A stretch of DNA of 64,000 nt from the human T2T-CHM13v2.0 reference genome, Homo sapiens, in the NCBI RefSeq assembly GCF_009914755.1, contig NC_060926.1. The stretch is one strand, 5' to 3'. Below the pieces are notes generated by a model, which was not told where the DNA came from, did not search any database, and saw nothing but the letters and a program-made list of their open reading frames with translations. Position numbers and translations under genes: made by a program. The number at the start of each line of letters is the position of its first letter. Position 1 is the first letter of the stretch. Positions 18,146 to 33,029 of this stretch are shown piece after piece.

Positions 18146-18719
18146 TGTCCACCCCATTTCTTTGTTGATGCCTCATTGCTTTACCCCCTCAATAAATTAT
18201 TCACTATTCCAAAAAATTATGCTTGCATTTTTTTTTTCTTTTCCCAAACAAGGCCATGGAAACACTGAACTCTCTCTTGTAAACCACTGAACTACCAGTT
18301 CTCTTTTCTGAAGACTCATGGGTGAGCTTGTAGTCCATAGTATTATAAAAGTAAGAAGATTTTTCACCTCTCTGCCATTTTCTAACACTGGGATCATCCT
18401 TAATTAGTCTTTTCCCCGCTTTCTTTCTACTTGGGTTAAGACAATTTTCACATCAAACATCTCCCTATTATTATCTCCCATTTTGTTATCTGGATTTGTC
18501 TCCAGTCCAGAACACGTACATATACATCCCAAGAATATGAAAATCTATGAGGTATTTTCACAGATTTGGCAGTTGACTCCTAAGGTGCTTCCCTCAAGGA
18601 ACAGAGACAATGCAGACACAAGAAAACAACTAGAGTGGGCTTTTCTTTTCAAACAGCTGTGCCAGAACAAAGCCTAAGAGATAATTGGGGGCCAGTGTAT
18701 CATGGTTTATAAAGCGTTT

Positions 18720-18990
18720 CACTCAGCAGTTGTTACTGTCTTTCTTCACAAGGTTCATTGCTAGGTACTGTGAAGGTACATGGATGGCAAGACTACTGTT
18801 ATTACCATGAAAAACTTGTAGTATAACATATAAGATCAGAGCATAATCACATCATAAAGAGTGATGAGAATTGTCAGAAAAGTAGAAATAAAGGGCTATG
18901 GAACTTGAAAGAAGCAGAGGATTATTTTTTCCTCGTCAAGGGTCAGTCATACTTTCTGAAAAATACAATATTTGACTTCTGCCGTAACAT
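18720..18990 (-). mobile_element. L2 3' fragment
   Basis: CATTGCTAGGTACTGTG...AAGGGCTATGGAACTTGAAAGAAGCAGAGGATT resembles the L2 3' end in antisense. Confidence 0.5.
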
Positions 18991-21399
18991 TTGGACAGAA
19001 AGCATGCAGCAATAAAACTGCACACCCAGATGTGTTGACCCATAGAGAATTAGTAAATATCATTGGCCATGTCAAATCCTTCTTTTCTCCTCACTAGGAA
19101 TCATTTCATTTAACTTCACTATTCCTGATCGCAAGGATTTCAAGCACATAAAAATCAACAATATAAAATAACCTAGTTGATTAAGCTGATTTCAAGTTTT
19201 TACTGTTGTTGCATTGCTTGTGACCATTCCACTCATTTTGATAACTATAGAAAAATAACCTAAGAAACAGTTAAATAATTAATGGTGCCTAAAGTCGCTT
19301 TCTACCACAACATTCTAGTTCTCTCTTTCACCATAAATCTTAAGTGTGCTTTAAGACTCTAATAGCACTTTAGTGAGCATGAAATGGGATTATGATTGTG
19401 AAAGTAACCAGAAATAAAAACATAAGTTTACTAGCTATGTTATTCTAAAATAGAAATACTTAGGGATGGGAGGATTCTCAAATCAGAGATGCAAAGATTC
19501 TGTGAGGATTTAAAACTCATCATCTAGCTGCTGAGACGTCTATTTCTTTTCCTTTATTTATTCTGTGCCGAATTAAATTATATGTCTATATTATGAAGTA
19601 GCCTGCATTTTTCCATTTCAAATTTTCTAATACATAAGAAATGATTAACCTTATAATAGCTGTGATTCTAGATGACCAAACTGCCCTTTTCCTTATTAGT
19701 GATTTCAATTTGTCTGACATATATTGGGTCACTGACAATAAGCAGTCCAACCTTTAATTTAAATTGACTATACTCTGCTTAGAAGAGAAAATCACCTCAA
19801 TCTGTAATTAAAATGTCATAATTTCTTGACGCATGTGTACTTCTGAGTGATAGGTTACCTGTAGTTCACTCATCATGACCAATTTAAACAGAAATATACT
19901 CCTATTATTCCATACGTTATCAAAAATACCATCCAATACACCAAATTTAATTGATTGTTATCTAACCATAATGTGCTGTTACAAAGAGTATTGTTCATAT
20001 GTCAATGTTTCTAAATCACTCTGCACATGTTGTGAAAGTGGGAGTAACATTTCAGATATTTTATTCACATCAAATTATTATGATAGTGAGGCAGAAATAT
20101 GAGAAACAATTTATTTCAATGGAGATAAATTGATCAATGTTTAGTATATATTACATAGAAAAACTATTTCCTAGAAAAAATGATCCAGAGGAATCTGAAA
20201 GGTATATTGAAAATTAATTTTTCAAATGTTAACATAAAATACTCTCACATATTAACATGATTTCAAGGAGAGAAACTGTTTTTGATACTTTAAATAAAAT
20301 TCAGAAGTAACAAGGATCTTAAACTATATGTGTTATTTGGCTAAGCAATGCTTACCAAGCTTCAAAATCATGGTGATTTTCAATCCTGAGGTTTTGTTTC
20401 TTAAGTTTATATTTTAAATAACAGCTAAGCACATTTTATGAACTGCAACACTAAGAAACCATCTGTACATTTTTATATAGGCCTCTTAAATTTTGTTAAA
20501 TTTGTCAGTTGCTAAGCTGTGGTTTTTCAAATCTTTGAATGGTAGCTCTCAAGAACAAAAGCCACTGTGGTTGTAGGTGAAAACATTCCAAATGTCTATT
20601 GTTACTTTAATAGGCATCGGGAAAAAATAAAAGCATGAAATAAGAGGTGTGTCTACATACTGCCAAGATATCCCATAAATGTAGAGAATTTTGTTAGTCG
20701 GTTGTTGAAATGATTCTGTGGGCTAGAAGCCACCAAATGTTGGAGGGCTAATGTTATTTTTCATATCGATTTACAGATGGTATTTGGTAAAGATCATGGC
20801 CCCCTTCCCACCTAGCTCAACACACATACCTGAGTGTTCTTGGCTGGTTTGTTACTGGGAGTACCTGGTAGGGGTAACAATTTTGATTTTGCATCAAGTT
20901 AGCCTAGGCCATAGAGATTATTCTTAGCCTGGCTTGTACTTATGTGTCACTGAACAGGCAGTGGGAATCAGCAGAATTCTGTCCTCAGCTTGCCTTTGAA
21001 GTGTGCTTCTCTTCTGTTAGGAATAAATGCCCAAGGAACTGTTTCTTCAAGCCTAAGCACACTGTGCCAGGATTTTTGACCTGGAACTCAGCCCCTGTTG
21101 AAATTGTGTGTGCATGTTTGTGTGGCAAGGAATTTAGTCCAGAACTTCTAGCAAATTGTTTTTAAACTTTTAGTTCCATCAAAGTACTTGGGGTAGTACT
21201 TGGTAAAAACTTAATCTAAGATTTTCCCTTTATCTTTTTCCTTGTATCGTATTTCCTCATTTCTTATCATTGTTAATATTGTTCATTTCAACTAAATCAT
21301 TTCATTTAATTATGACTGGTAAAACAGCAACATTACTAACAAGATAACAAGAAGTAACCTATGTTGAACATGCATGCGTACATAAATAAACATGTATAT

Positions 21400-24300
21400 T
21401 ACATATTTTTTCTTAACTATTTGTGACCCCTAAATAATTTAGTGTATAATTCCTGAGAACAAGGACAGTCTCTTTTACAACTACAGAACTTTCAACATGA
21501 ATTGACATTAATACAAGGCTATTACATAATCAGCAGGCCTTAAATTTTGACACTTTTTCCCCAATAATGTATTGTATAGTCATCCCCTTCTCCCAAGTTT
21601 CAGTCTAAGATCCAATCCAGGATCACTCATTCCATTTAGTTGTTTGATCTCAGCTGTCCCTCGAATCTGGTACATTTCTTCAGTTATTTGTTTCTTCTTT
21701 TATCACCTTTACATTTTTGAAGAGTACAAACTAATTATTTTGCAGTATATTTGGGTTCATCTGAGGTTTCTACAAGATTAATTTCATGTTATGAATTTTA
21801 GGGATAGAGATAACACACAAGTGATTTGATGTCTTTCTCTTTTGAGAAGCTGCAGGATGTGAGTTTGTCCCGTGACTGATATTAACCTAAATCACTTGGT
21901 TAAGGTTGTATCTGCCAGGTGTCTCGCTGAAAAATTACTACTTATTTTATTTGTAATTAATAAATGTTTTGTGGGAAGATATTTTGAATCTATGCAAATA
22001 TGCTATTTCCTCATCAAAATTTTACTTACTAGATTTAGCATCCATTGATGTTTCTTGCCTGACTCAAGTTTACTATGATGCTGGCCAAGTGGTGATTTTT
22101 TTCTCTGCACTTCTTAATTGGCATTTTACTACCAAAAATTAGCTTTTTCTTCTCTATTTGTCTGTTTATATAATTATATAAGAGTTTGACAAACTCTTGT
22201 CTCAATTTGTTGGTTTACAGTCTGTGTGAACATGGAGACACACTCCTCAAATCTCCTTTCAAGCTAAGTTGGTCTGCAGATGTGGTTTTGTGACAGACTC
22301 CAGTTGCTGTCCCTTCAGATACACTGCAATATTCACATGAAGATTATGGTCTCCCAGAGTTGCTCCTGGCCAATGCCTGGGTGTGGCAGAGGTATTGGAG
22401 TTGGGCCATTTGCACCCACTACAACACTGCTGTAAAGGGACAATCTTCACTAGGGTTACTATCAATTTGCGCAAAACTTTCTTTCTCAGAGCTCCATTGC
22501 AGACTGCAGCTCTTCTCGCGCAATCCTTTTTTTTCCTCCTCTCTCTTAACAGAAGTCAATCTCCAAGCGCATTGGTGGCTCTCCCTGTGTACTTCTACTC
22601 CCTGTCTTCTTTATCCTTCATAGACATTTGCCCCAGTAAATCTATTGTACTTCTAATTCCGCCTTGGGGTGTGTTTTTTTGGAGGACAGAAACTGACACA
22701 TTCTGCTACTATCATTATTTATTCTGATGGTAAAATTATCCCAGATTAACCAATACGAGTTGCTTCAAGTTGGCTTCTGTGTCCTTTTTTTATCTTTTAA
22801 TTTTGAAATAATTGTAGATTCAATCAGAAGCTGAAAAATAATATAGAGAGTTACTGCTGTGTAGCCTTCACCCTGCTTCTCTCAATGATAACATTTACAT
22901 AACCATCACAAAGTTATCAAAACCAGAACATGGACATTAGAAACATATTAAATAAACTGCAAACATTTTTCAGATTTCACCTGTTTGTCCGTGCACTCAT
23001 TTGTATGTGTATGTGTGTATGGTTCTGTGAAATACATCTTTGTGTGATCACTACCACAATAAGGACACAGAACTGTTCAGTCAACCAACCCAAGGAAATT
23101 TACTGGCGATACCTTTTTGAAGTTGCAGTTTCCCTCCAAATCTAATCCCTGGAACCACTAATATTTTCTCCGTCATCATGATGTTACCATCTTGAGAATG
23201 TTTTATAAATGGAATCACATAGTATATAACTTGTTGAAATTTTATTTCACTCACATAATTCCCAAGAGATCCACCAAGTGGTTGCATGCTGTTTCAATGG
23301 ATGCTGCTTCCTCATCAAAATATTACTTACTCGTTTAAGTACCCACTGATGATTCTTTCCTGACTCAAGTTTTTCTATGACTGCAGCCAAGTAGTAAATT
23401 TATTTCTACACTTATTAACTGGCATTTTACTGCAAAAGACTTTTTTTCTTCATTTGTCTATATGTATTAATTATATCATAGATCCGTGGACTCTTCTTTT
23501 AATTTGATGGGTTATATTCTATATTGTAATCATGGAAATACACCCCTCTGATCTCCTTTTATACTTTTCCTTGTTGAGTAATATTTCACTGCATGGATAT
23601 ATCACGTTTTGTTTTTCCATTCATCCATTTGAGGGCATTCGTGGTGTGTTTCTAGTTTGGGGCTTGCACAAATGTTCCGCTATGAACATTCATGTCCAAG
23701 TGTTGTGTGTGTGAACATCCATTTTAATTTTTCTTAAACACTAAGGAGTCCTATGATAATAACACAGTCATGGTTGGGTCGTATGACAATTGTATATTTA
23801 AGTTATAAAAAATTACCAATCTGTTTTTCAGAGTGGCTGTACCACTTTATATTAGTGCTTCTTTGTCATTTTGATATAGCCTTTCATTCTTTGAGTGCTT
23901 TGTAACTTTCTGGAACAATATGATACTCCAGGGTTACCTTTTGCTTTCTCTGCTCTGGAATCAACCAATTCCCAAGCAGCTCTAGTTCCTTTTAGTAAAG
24001 AACGACATTTAGAAATCAAGATCGTGCTCCAGGTAAGCTCATTATCAGTGCGGCATGTGCACATGCACATACACACATCTACATTTATCTCTAAATCAAT
24101 TAATTTAGAATTATTTATCTAATCTTTAATTTATAGTACTTCCTTCAATTCTAGTCCAGCATCACCAAGTCCATTCTAGTCTCCTCCATTTGTATATTTT
24201 TAATTCCTCTAATAGTGAAAAACCTGGCTCCTAGTATTTTTGTTATATGTATTTACTTAGTCATAGAGACACAGAGAATAGTTTCAACAATTTTCACCCA

Positions 24301-24400
24301 TATCACATAAGAAATACCTACCAATTTAGTTCAATATCTGTATATGGCAAGTAGGTAAAATACAGTGTTAAAATTACTTGGGTTATTTCTTTTTTTTTCT
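21400..24400 (-). mobile_element. Ancient L1MC/L1MD 3'-end fragments (nested), interrupted by LTR16
   Basis: CCCTAAATAATTTAGTGTATAATTCCTGAGAACAAGGACA (L1MC4/5-like); a second element begins TTTTAATTTTGAAATAATTGTAGATTC near 22795 (L1MD-like); L1MC resumes near 23860 (CTGGAATCAACCAATTCCCAAG). Confidence 0.7.
22225..22700 (+). mobile_element. LTR16-family (ERVL) solo LTR
   Basis: TG...CA ends (TGTGAAC...AACTGACACA), CCCCAGTAAATCT poly(A) region, near-TSD GTCTG/TTCTG. Confidence 0.75.
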
Positions 24401-24977
24401 TATTTGATTGTAATAAAGTCATTAATAATACAGTTAGTTTCATTTGTTCAGGTTTCCATCCCACTTCATAGCTGTTGTCCATTCTTGATAATATCTCTAT
24501 ACCTATCTATTCATCCATCTATTTATCTGGTGCAATATTCTGCTTTTGAATTTGAGCCTAGTGTTATGTATAAACAAAAAAATTCAGGTTTACTAAAAAA
24601 AGATTTCAACTAAAATAGTTATAAGAAAATGATATCACATCTCCATTATGATTAAAGTCTGTGTGGGCCCTTCCAATAGTGCAGACTGTGGCTCACTCTT
24701 ATGGGTATCTACTATCCTTGATGTTTACCCCTCATGTGCTTTTCTTTTGAGGGGTAGCGGGTGTAAATAGGTATCCCTAAACATGTTTTACATGTTTTTG
24801 AACTTTTTTCTGTCAATGGGATTAATGGTATTCAATTTGTTTCTCATTTACGTTTGTTTAACTTTTTTTCTGTAATTTCAAACAGTGCTGCAATAAACCA
24901 TCTTGTGCTGTCTCACTGCACTCATGAGCAATAGATTCCTTAGGTCCTTGCAGGTAGATTTGCTAGGTTATAGAGTA

Positions 24978-25540
24978 CAGGAGGTACTTGAATATTGTTG
25001 TTCATTACAACGTCAATGAAAAACACGATTCCTGGCTAGGGCTACTTTCTGTGTGAAGTGTGCATGTTCTCCCCATGTCTGTGTGGGTTTTCTCTGAGTA
25101 CTCTGGTTTCCTCCCACATCCCAAAGATGTGCACATCAGGTTAGTTGGCAGGTCTAAATTGTCCCAGTCTGAATGGGTGTGGAAGTGTGTATGAGTGTTC
25201 CCTGTCCAAATTTGGCTCCCATCTTGTGCCCTGAGCTGCTGGGATAGGCTCTGGGCACCTGCAACCCTGAACTAGAGCAACTGTGTAAATAATTATCTTA
25301 CCTGTTTTTATTAATCTTTTAAAAATGTATGCATAGCTCACATTTTTTCAATGTTTATTATAAGTGCTTTGGGTCTTTATATAAAAATGTGGTGATGTTT
25401 TGTGACCAGAAAGTTGCTGCAGGAACTTACCTCTAGCTTGTATCGATTAGCCTATAGTAAAATTGATTTTGTTATATGTTGTTTCACTTAAAATTGCAGT
25501 TTCCAAGAAACTATCAATGCCATTAAGTGAGGACTTACTG
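24978..25540 (+). mobile_element. MER6A (TcMar-Tigger non-autonomous DNA transposon)
   Basis: TA|CAGGAGGTAC start, TTAAGTGAGGACTTACTG|TG end, internal TGCATGTTCTCCCCATGTCTGTGTGGGTTTTCTC...CCTCCCACATCCCAAAGATGTGC. Confidence 0.85.
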
Positions 25541-25992
25541 TGCAGACAACTTAAACTTCATGCAGATATTGATTAGGAGCTTTTCAAAATGGTTCTACCA
25601 ATTTACACTCCTACTGCAAGTAAGTGTCCTAGTTACTCTATATTCACCAGTAATTGCTATTGTGGGACATTAAACATTTTTCATTGAAGTTTGTAAAATA
25701 ATAATCTCATTTTGGTTTTCATTTTCATAAAAATGATGAGTAAATTTTGTCATCTTTTCATAAAATTACTGGCCAGTAGGGTTTACTTTTCTGTGAGCTG
25801 CTGATACAGCATCTTTTTTTGTACCATTAAATTGGTTTTCTAACCTTTTTCTTATGAATTTAGGAAGACTTTCTATACTCAGAATTCTAGTCAGTTTGTA
25901 ATTAGGTTTTGTAAATACCTCCTTACTACTTTGGCTCCTCCACTCCCACTTATTAAATGATGTATTTGTATGGAAAAAAAATTTTAATATTC

Positions 25993-26306
<314 letters not shown>

Positions 26307-27080
26307 TTTAATATTCTTTTATTCTTACCACTTTTTATTTATGTTTTGTATTTCATGTCTAATTTAAAAAGTTCTTCCCAAGCCTTAAATAACAAAGATA
26401 TTTCTTTATATTGTAAGACTCATATTTAGGTTAACCAGTTACTTTAAATTGATTCTGGCTATTATGTGAAATGGAGATCAGGTTTTATTTCCCACTATGC
26501 ATTATATTGGTCCATAATTATTTCCAAAATCCTTTTCCTACTTACCTGCCATGCCACTTATTTCATAGATCCAGTTTCCACATATGTGTGTGTATCTTTG
26601 TTGGCTTTCTATTCTATTTCTTTGTTAATCTGCTCCCATACAGATACTCACTTTCTTCATTAAAACAGGTTTATAAGATTTACTATAAAGCAAATTCTTC
26701 TGTTCTTCAGAAAGACTTTTTTTATGTTTTGTTTTCCCATATTAACTTTAGAATCAGCTTGTCAAATTTCATTAAAATCTCTGTCAGGATCTTTTTGGGT
26801 TTTCACTGAAAATATAGATTATTTTATTGAGAATTGCTATCTCCATGATATTGAAACTGTTAATGAATATATTTATTTTTATGTAGGTCATCTTTAATAT
26901 TTTTCAATAAAGTTTTAAATTTTCTTTATAAAAATTATGAACATCTCTGTTTATACTTAACCTTAGGATTCTTTTATATTTAATGCTGAGACCAATGATA
27001 GATATATATTTTAAAATACATTTACTATTGTTGTTAGTATATAGAAGTGCAATTTATTTTTTTATGTGGATCATACATGC

Positions 27081-27424
27081 TGATATGGTTTGGCTCTGTC
27101 CCCACCTAAATCTCATCTTGAATTCCCACGTTTTGTGGGAGGAACCTGGTGGGAGGTGACTGAATCACGGGGATGGGTCTTTCCCATGCAGTTCTCATGA
27201 TAGTGAATAAGTCTCATGAGATCTGATTATTTTAAAAACGGGAGTTTCTCTGCAAAAGCTCTCTCTCTTGCCTGCTGCCATCCATGTAAGATGTGACTTG
27301 CTCCTCCTTGCCTTCCACCATGATTGTGAGGCCTCCCCAGCCATGTGGAACTGTAAGTCCATTAAACCTCTTTTTCTTCCCAGTCTCGAGGATGTCTGTA
27401 TCAGCAGTATGAAAGCAAACTATA
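27081..27424 (+). mobile_element. THE1 (THE1C-like) MaLR solo LTR
   Basis: TGATATGGTTTGGCTCTGTCCCCACCTAAATCTCATCTTGAATTCCCACG...CCATTAAACCTC...ATCAGCAG. Confidence 0.88.
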
Positions 27425-28149
27425 GCTTGTTGACTTCTTATTAATGCTAATCATTTGCCTGTAGATTCTCTTAGGCTTTCTATGTAGGCAATAATAACAA
27501 CATATCCAAATCATGACATCTTTTTTTCTTTTATCTCAGGTCATATACCTCTTAATTATATCTATATCTATATACATATACATATACATATATATATATT
27601 TTTTACTATGCTAGAAAGAAGATCTGGTATATTACGAAATAAAAGTAGTAATGGCAAGTGTCTTTGTCCCATTCTCAATACTAAAAGAAGTGTGTCTAAT
27701 GTTTGACATTATTATGACTTTACTGTGGATTTATGGATACTCTTTATGAGAAAAAAATTCCTCTATTTCCGTAATTTCCTAAGTTTTTTTCTTTTTGTTT
27801 ATTTATATGTATTGGTGTTGAATTCTATTTAATGCTTTTAAAGCAACTATTGAGATGATAATGTGGATTTTCTCCTTTAATCTGTTTATGTGATGAATTG
27901 CATTAACAGAGTTTTATAACTAAAGCCAACTCTGTATTCCCAAGATAAATCCAACATAGAGATGACACATGTTGATTTTCAAATTAATTTCTAGATTCAG
28001 TAGCTTATATTTTATTGAGTAATTTTGCATTAATATTCATTAGTGATATTGGCCTATAAAATTCCTTTTTAGTGCTGTTCTTGTATGTTTTAGTATCAAT
28101 GTCATATTGGCCTTGAAATAATTAGGAAGTTCTACCTCTTTCTATTTTC

Positions 28150-28370
28150 AGTGTCCAATATAACCCTACTGATACCCACAGTTTGACTAGAGTTTAAATA
28201 GGTTTATTTATGACAATAGGTCCCCTGACCTCCCTTTTCTTAGAGCAGTTGCTTTAGAAAATTTGCAATTAGAAATTCTTTCCTTATCCCTTTGAGATGT
28301 AACTCCTCTATAAACTTGGAAGGCGTTTCTCGAAGATCGAGGAGCCATCACTTTGAAATAAAATAAATAT
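28150..28370 (+). mobile_element. ERV1 (MER4-group) LTR fragment
   Basis: CCCCTGACCTCCCTTTTCTTAGAGCAGTTGCTTTAGAAAATTTGCAATT...CCTTTGAGATGTAA...GGAGCCATCACTTTGAAAT. Confidence 0.55.
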
Positions 28371-28799
28371 TGAACTTATACTGATACTTATTCAGTCATC
28401 AGTTTTCAACATTTCTATTTAACTTAAACAAACTCCCCAGTACCATATGTGCACATCACCTGTCCTATCTTCTGCAAACAGTTGTATCAATTTGGGGGAG
28501 GTAAAATGCATTAAAACTCTTGTTAATCTGACCAAAGAAGTAACATATGAGTTATTCTACTTCTTTCTTTTGAATCATTCCAGAGTCTTCCCCCGTCCTG
28601 CTCCCATCTGGTATGACTGTTCTCTCAGTGTCTGCTCTACAGCTGACCTCCTTGCTCTTCCTTCATCTTCACCCTGGAAATTCTTTTCCCTTCTCTTTTG
28701 CATTAAAGCAAATGCTTTTGTTTCTGGGTTGTATCATTGTATCCTCTTGGTTTATTCTTTGTATTTTTTTCTTTAAGTTTTGGGGCATCATTTCTAGGA

Positions 28800-29960
<1,161 letters not shown>

Positions 29961-30991
29961 ATTGGAAACTGTGTGCCTAATTAGGAATTTTGACCAGAGA
30001 AATTCAGTGGAGAGTTATCAGGCAGAAGCTCTGGCATTTCATCAAGGTACCCAAAGTGTCAGAATCTCAATATATCTGAAGCAATGTCTCTGAAGTAATT
30101 ACATATTTTTAGGTTATCCTGCAATATTCTGACTGAGTAGGGGACAGATGATAGGCCTGTTTATAGGTTTTTAAAAAGGTAGAATTGTCTCATCACTCAT
30201 TATAAATGAGACAGTTATTTTGAAATAGCAGAATTCAATAGAGTATAATTCCATAAAGAAATTTTGGGGACACATTTTGGGTTTCTAAGCAAATCCCCTC
30301 ACTGGGAACCTGCGTTTACATTTACCATATTCTGCAATGCATTTTTTCTAGTGGTCATTTTTTCTTACTCCCTCTAACCCTAAGTTTCTGGCAATGCAAA
30401 TCCTCCCTATGGGTCTCATCATCAGGCTCTCTCAAATAGAATTTTAAAAGGCCCCCAAGCCTCTTCGTACTCTTCGGTCCTCATCTGGTCCTCATAACAG
30501 GCTCCTGTGACTCATTATCTAAGAATGTATATCTACTTTACAGTGCCAGTCTCTTTTTCGCTACTCAGGACCAGGCCATGGTTCTGGCACCAGTCTCTGC
30601 TTCCTGAAAAGTCCAGTGAATACACACCAGAGTCTCTCAGGAGTTTTCCTGGAGCTCCTTTCATGCATTTTAGGCTGATTGTTAAGCAGTCCCTTTCCTT
30701 TTCCCATGGGGGAAAGGTTGCAAAGAGATTTTCTCTGAAAATAAAACTCCTTCTTGGCATTTCAAATCTTTTATGCGCTCTCAAGGTAAAAGTTGGGCTA
30801 CAGAAAACAAACTGGCCTTCAACGCACTGCCTTTCAAAGTTTTTCTTAGGTGGTTCAGCATCTAGCTATTAGATACAGTGTTTGGTCTAGGCATCCAAAG
30901 CTTCAGACAGAACTGAAATGGAATCTTAATTTGAGATCACGTTACCATCTCCTTTATCTCTCAAATAAATTGTTTATAAAAAAAATAAAGA

Positions 30992-31356
<365 letters not shown>

Positions 31357-32514
31357 TTATCTTGTTTTTGTTATGTGATATTTCAATTTGTTTTTGACTC
31401 TTGATACTTACAGATTTCACCGTTTTGGTTCTTCCCTCTGTGGTCAAGTTTAGAGCAAAGAAAATCCCACTTTAATATCATGTTTTGTCAGGACTTTTAC
31501 GTGATCTTCATGAAATCATGTCAGTATGTCAGTATTATTTGGTTTATTATCCCCCAATGTTCCATGATTTGAGGTCTCTCCAATCTCGGGTTTTGAGAGA
31601 AAACTCTTTTCTTCTGCCACAGTAGGAGAAGAATTGCCATTTTGCTGTGACTGTTAAGGAAGAACTGTAAAGCATTAATTGCTACTTAAACTGACCCTTA
31701 ACCAATTTTTTGCCCTTCACGCCACCTTTAAAGGTATCTGGTACCATCAAACTGGTGTCTCCACACCAGACATGTTTAGTGGATTACCACTTTATCAACG
31801 TCTGCAGTAATTCAACCTTCTCAGACACCAACTTAACTCATTTACAAAAGAACTGGGTTATGCAATCTCATGTCAAAGGTTTTATGGCTTTTCATTCATC
31901 AAAATAAGTTTCTCCGAGGTAGAATTCAGTAGCCACCTAAACTTTCAATAAAATTAGTATACTAGCTTTCTATTTCTGGCAAAAGAAATGTATTCCTAAT
32001 GATCATGATTTCACTTCCTAAAAAGGCTGATCAGTTATGCCTTAATGCACAGATCTTCATACTGACACATTCTCAGTTGTCTGGAAACATTTCACTGCAT
32101 TTTGAATGTAATGTGTTTTAACTGTCTACTGGCACAGTAGATTTATGTGACCCAAATAACAGGACTTGCAGTGGTTCTGTCAAAGCTTCATCTTAGCAAC
32201 TTCAACTGGGAAAATTTTATTTTCCAAAAAAATTAAGGAAAGATTTCTTGAAACAACAAAAAAAGATACTAATTCTTATACTCAGTGTTGATCTATGAAA
32301 TAAGCTTAGAGGGGATTTCATTTGCACATCTCACCAAGGGGCTGCCACATATATTAGCTCATTAGCCCTCCACTGTTTCCCTTTTCCCTGGAGATGAATA
32401 TTTCAAACTGGCTTTAAATTGATCGTTTCCTCCTTTAACTCACCCCAAGTCTAATACTAATCATAACTAGAATCACTGGACTGAAAAATTAGCATGAATA
32501 TAGATGAAGGGACT

Positions 32515-32730
32515 CAGTATTTACTGAACATCTTCCATGTTTCAGACACTTTATATGCGTTGTAAATGAAGTAATTTTCAAACATTCCTAAGAAGTAGGT
32601 ACTATTCTTCTAATTTTCTAACATTAATAATGAGGAACCGGAGGCTTGAAAAGCAGGGTCTTATAGTTAGTAGTTGTGGTCCAAATACTAAAATATGTTC
32701 CTCTCACTTTAAATCCCATGCTCCATGCTT
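32515..32730 (-). mobile_element. MIR fragment
   Basis: TATTTACTGAACATCTTCCATGTTTCAGACACT...AAGTAGGTACTATT...TGAGGAACCGGAGGCT. Confidence 0.65.
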
Positions 32731-32990
32731 TACATAGCTTTGCACGAAGGTCAACATGGAGTAAAAGACCCTTCAATTTCACAGGTAATCTCTTGAGGTC
32801 TGACTAATTTCTGCAACCTGCCCATGACTTCTTTGGGGAGAGCTTTGTCCTCTATGAATAAATGAAACTTAATTTTCTTGCCTGAGCAGATAGAAAAGTT
32901 ATAATTCAATTTGTAAAGATTGTTAGAGAACCAAAAAGCATCTCTCTGTCTCCCATATGCAAGCATGTGCATATACACACCCACACCCCG

Positions 32991-33029
32991 ACATCACATC
33001 ACATCACATCACATCACATCACATCACAT
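32991..33029. repeat. (ACATC)n pentanucleotide STR, about 8 units
   Basis: Directly visible. Confidence 0.95.

Noticed and set aside
30507-30872. 121-aa ORF in non-repeat-looking DNA as a host exon
   Set aside because: GTG start, no recognisable domain and no convincing splice sites or coding bias.
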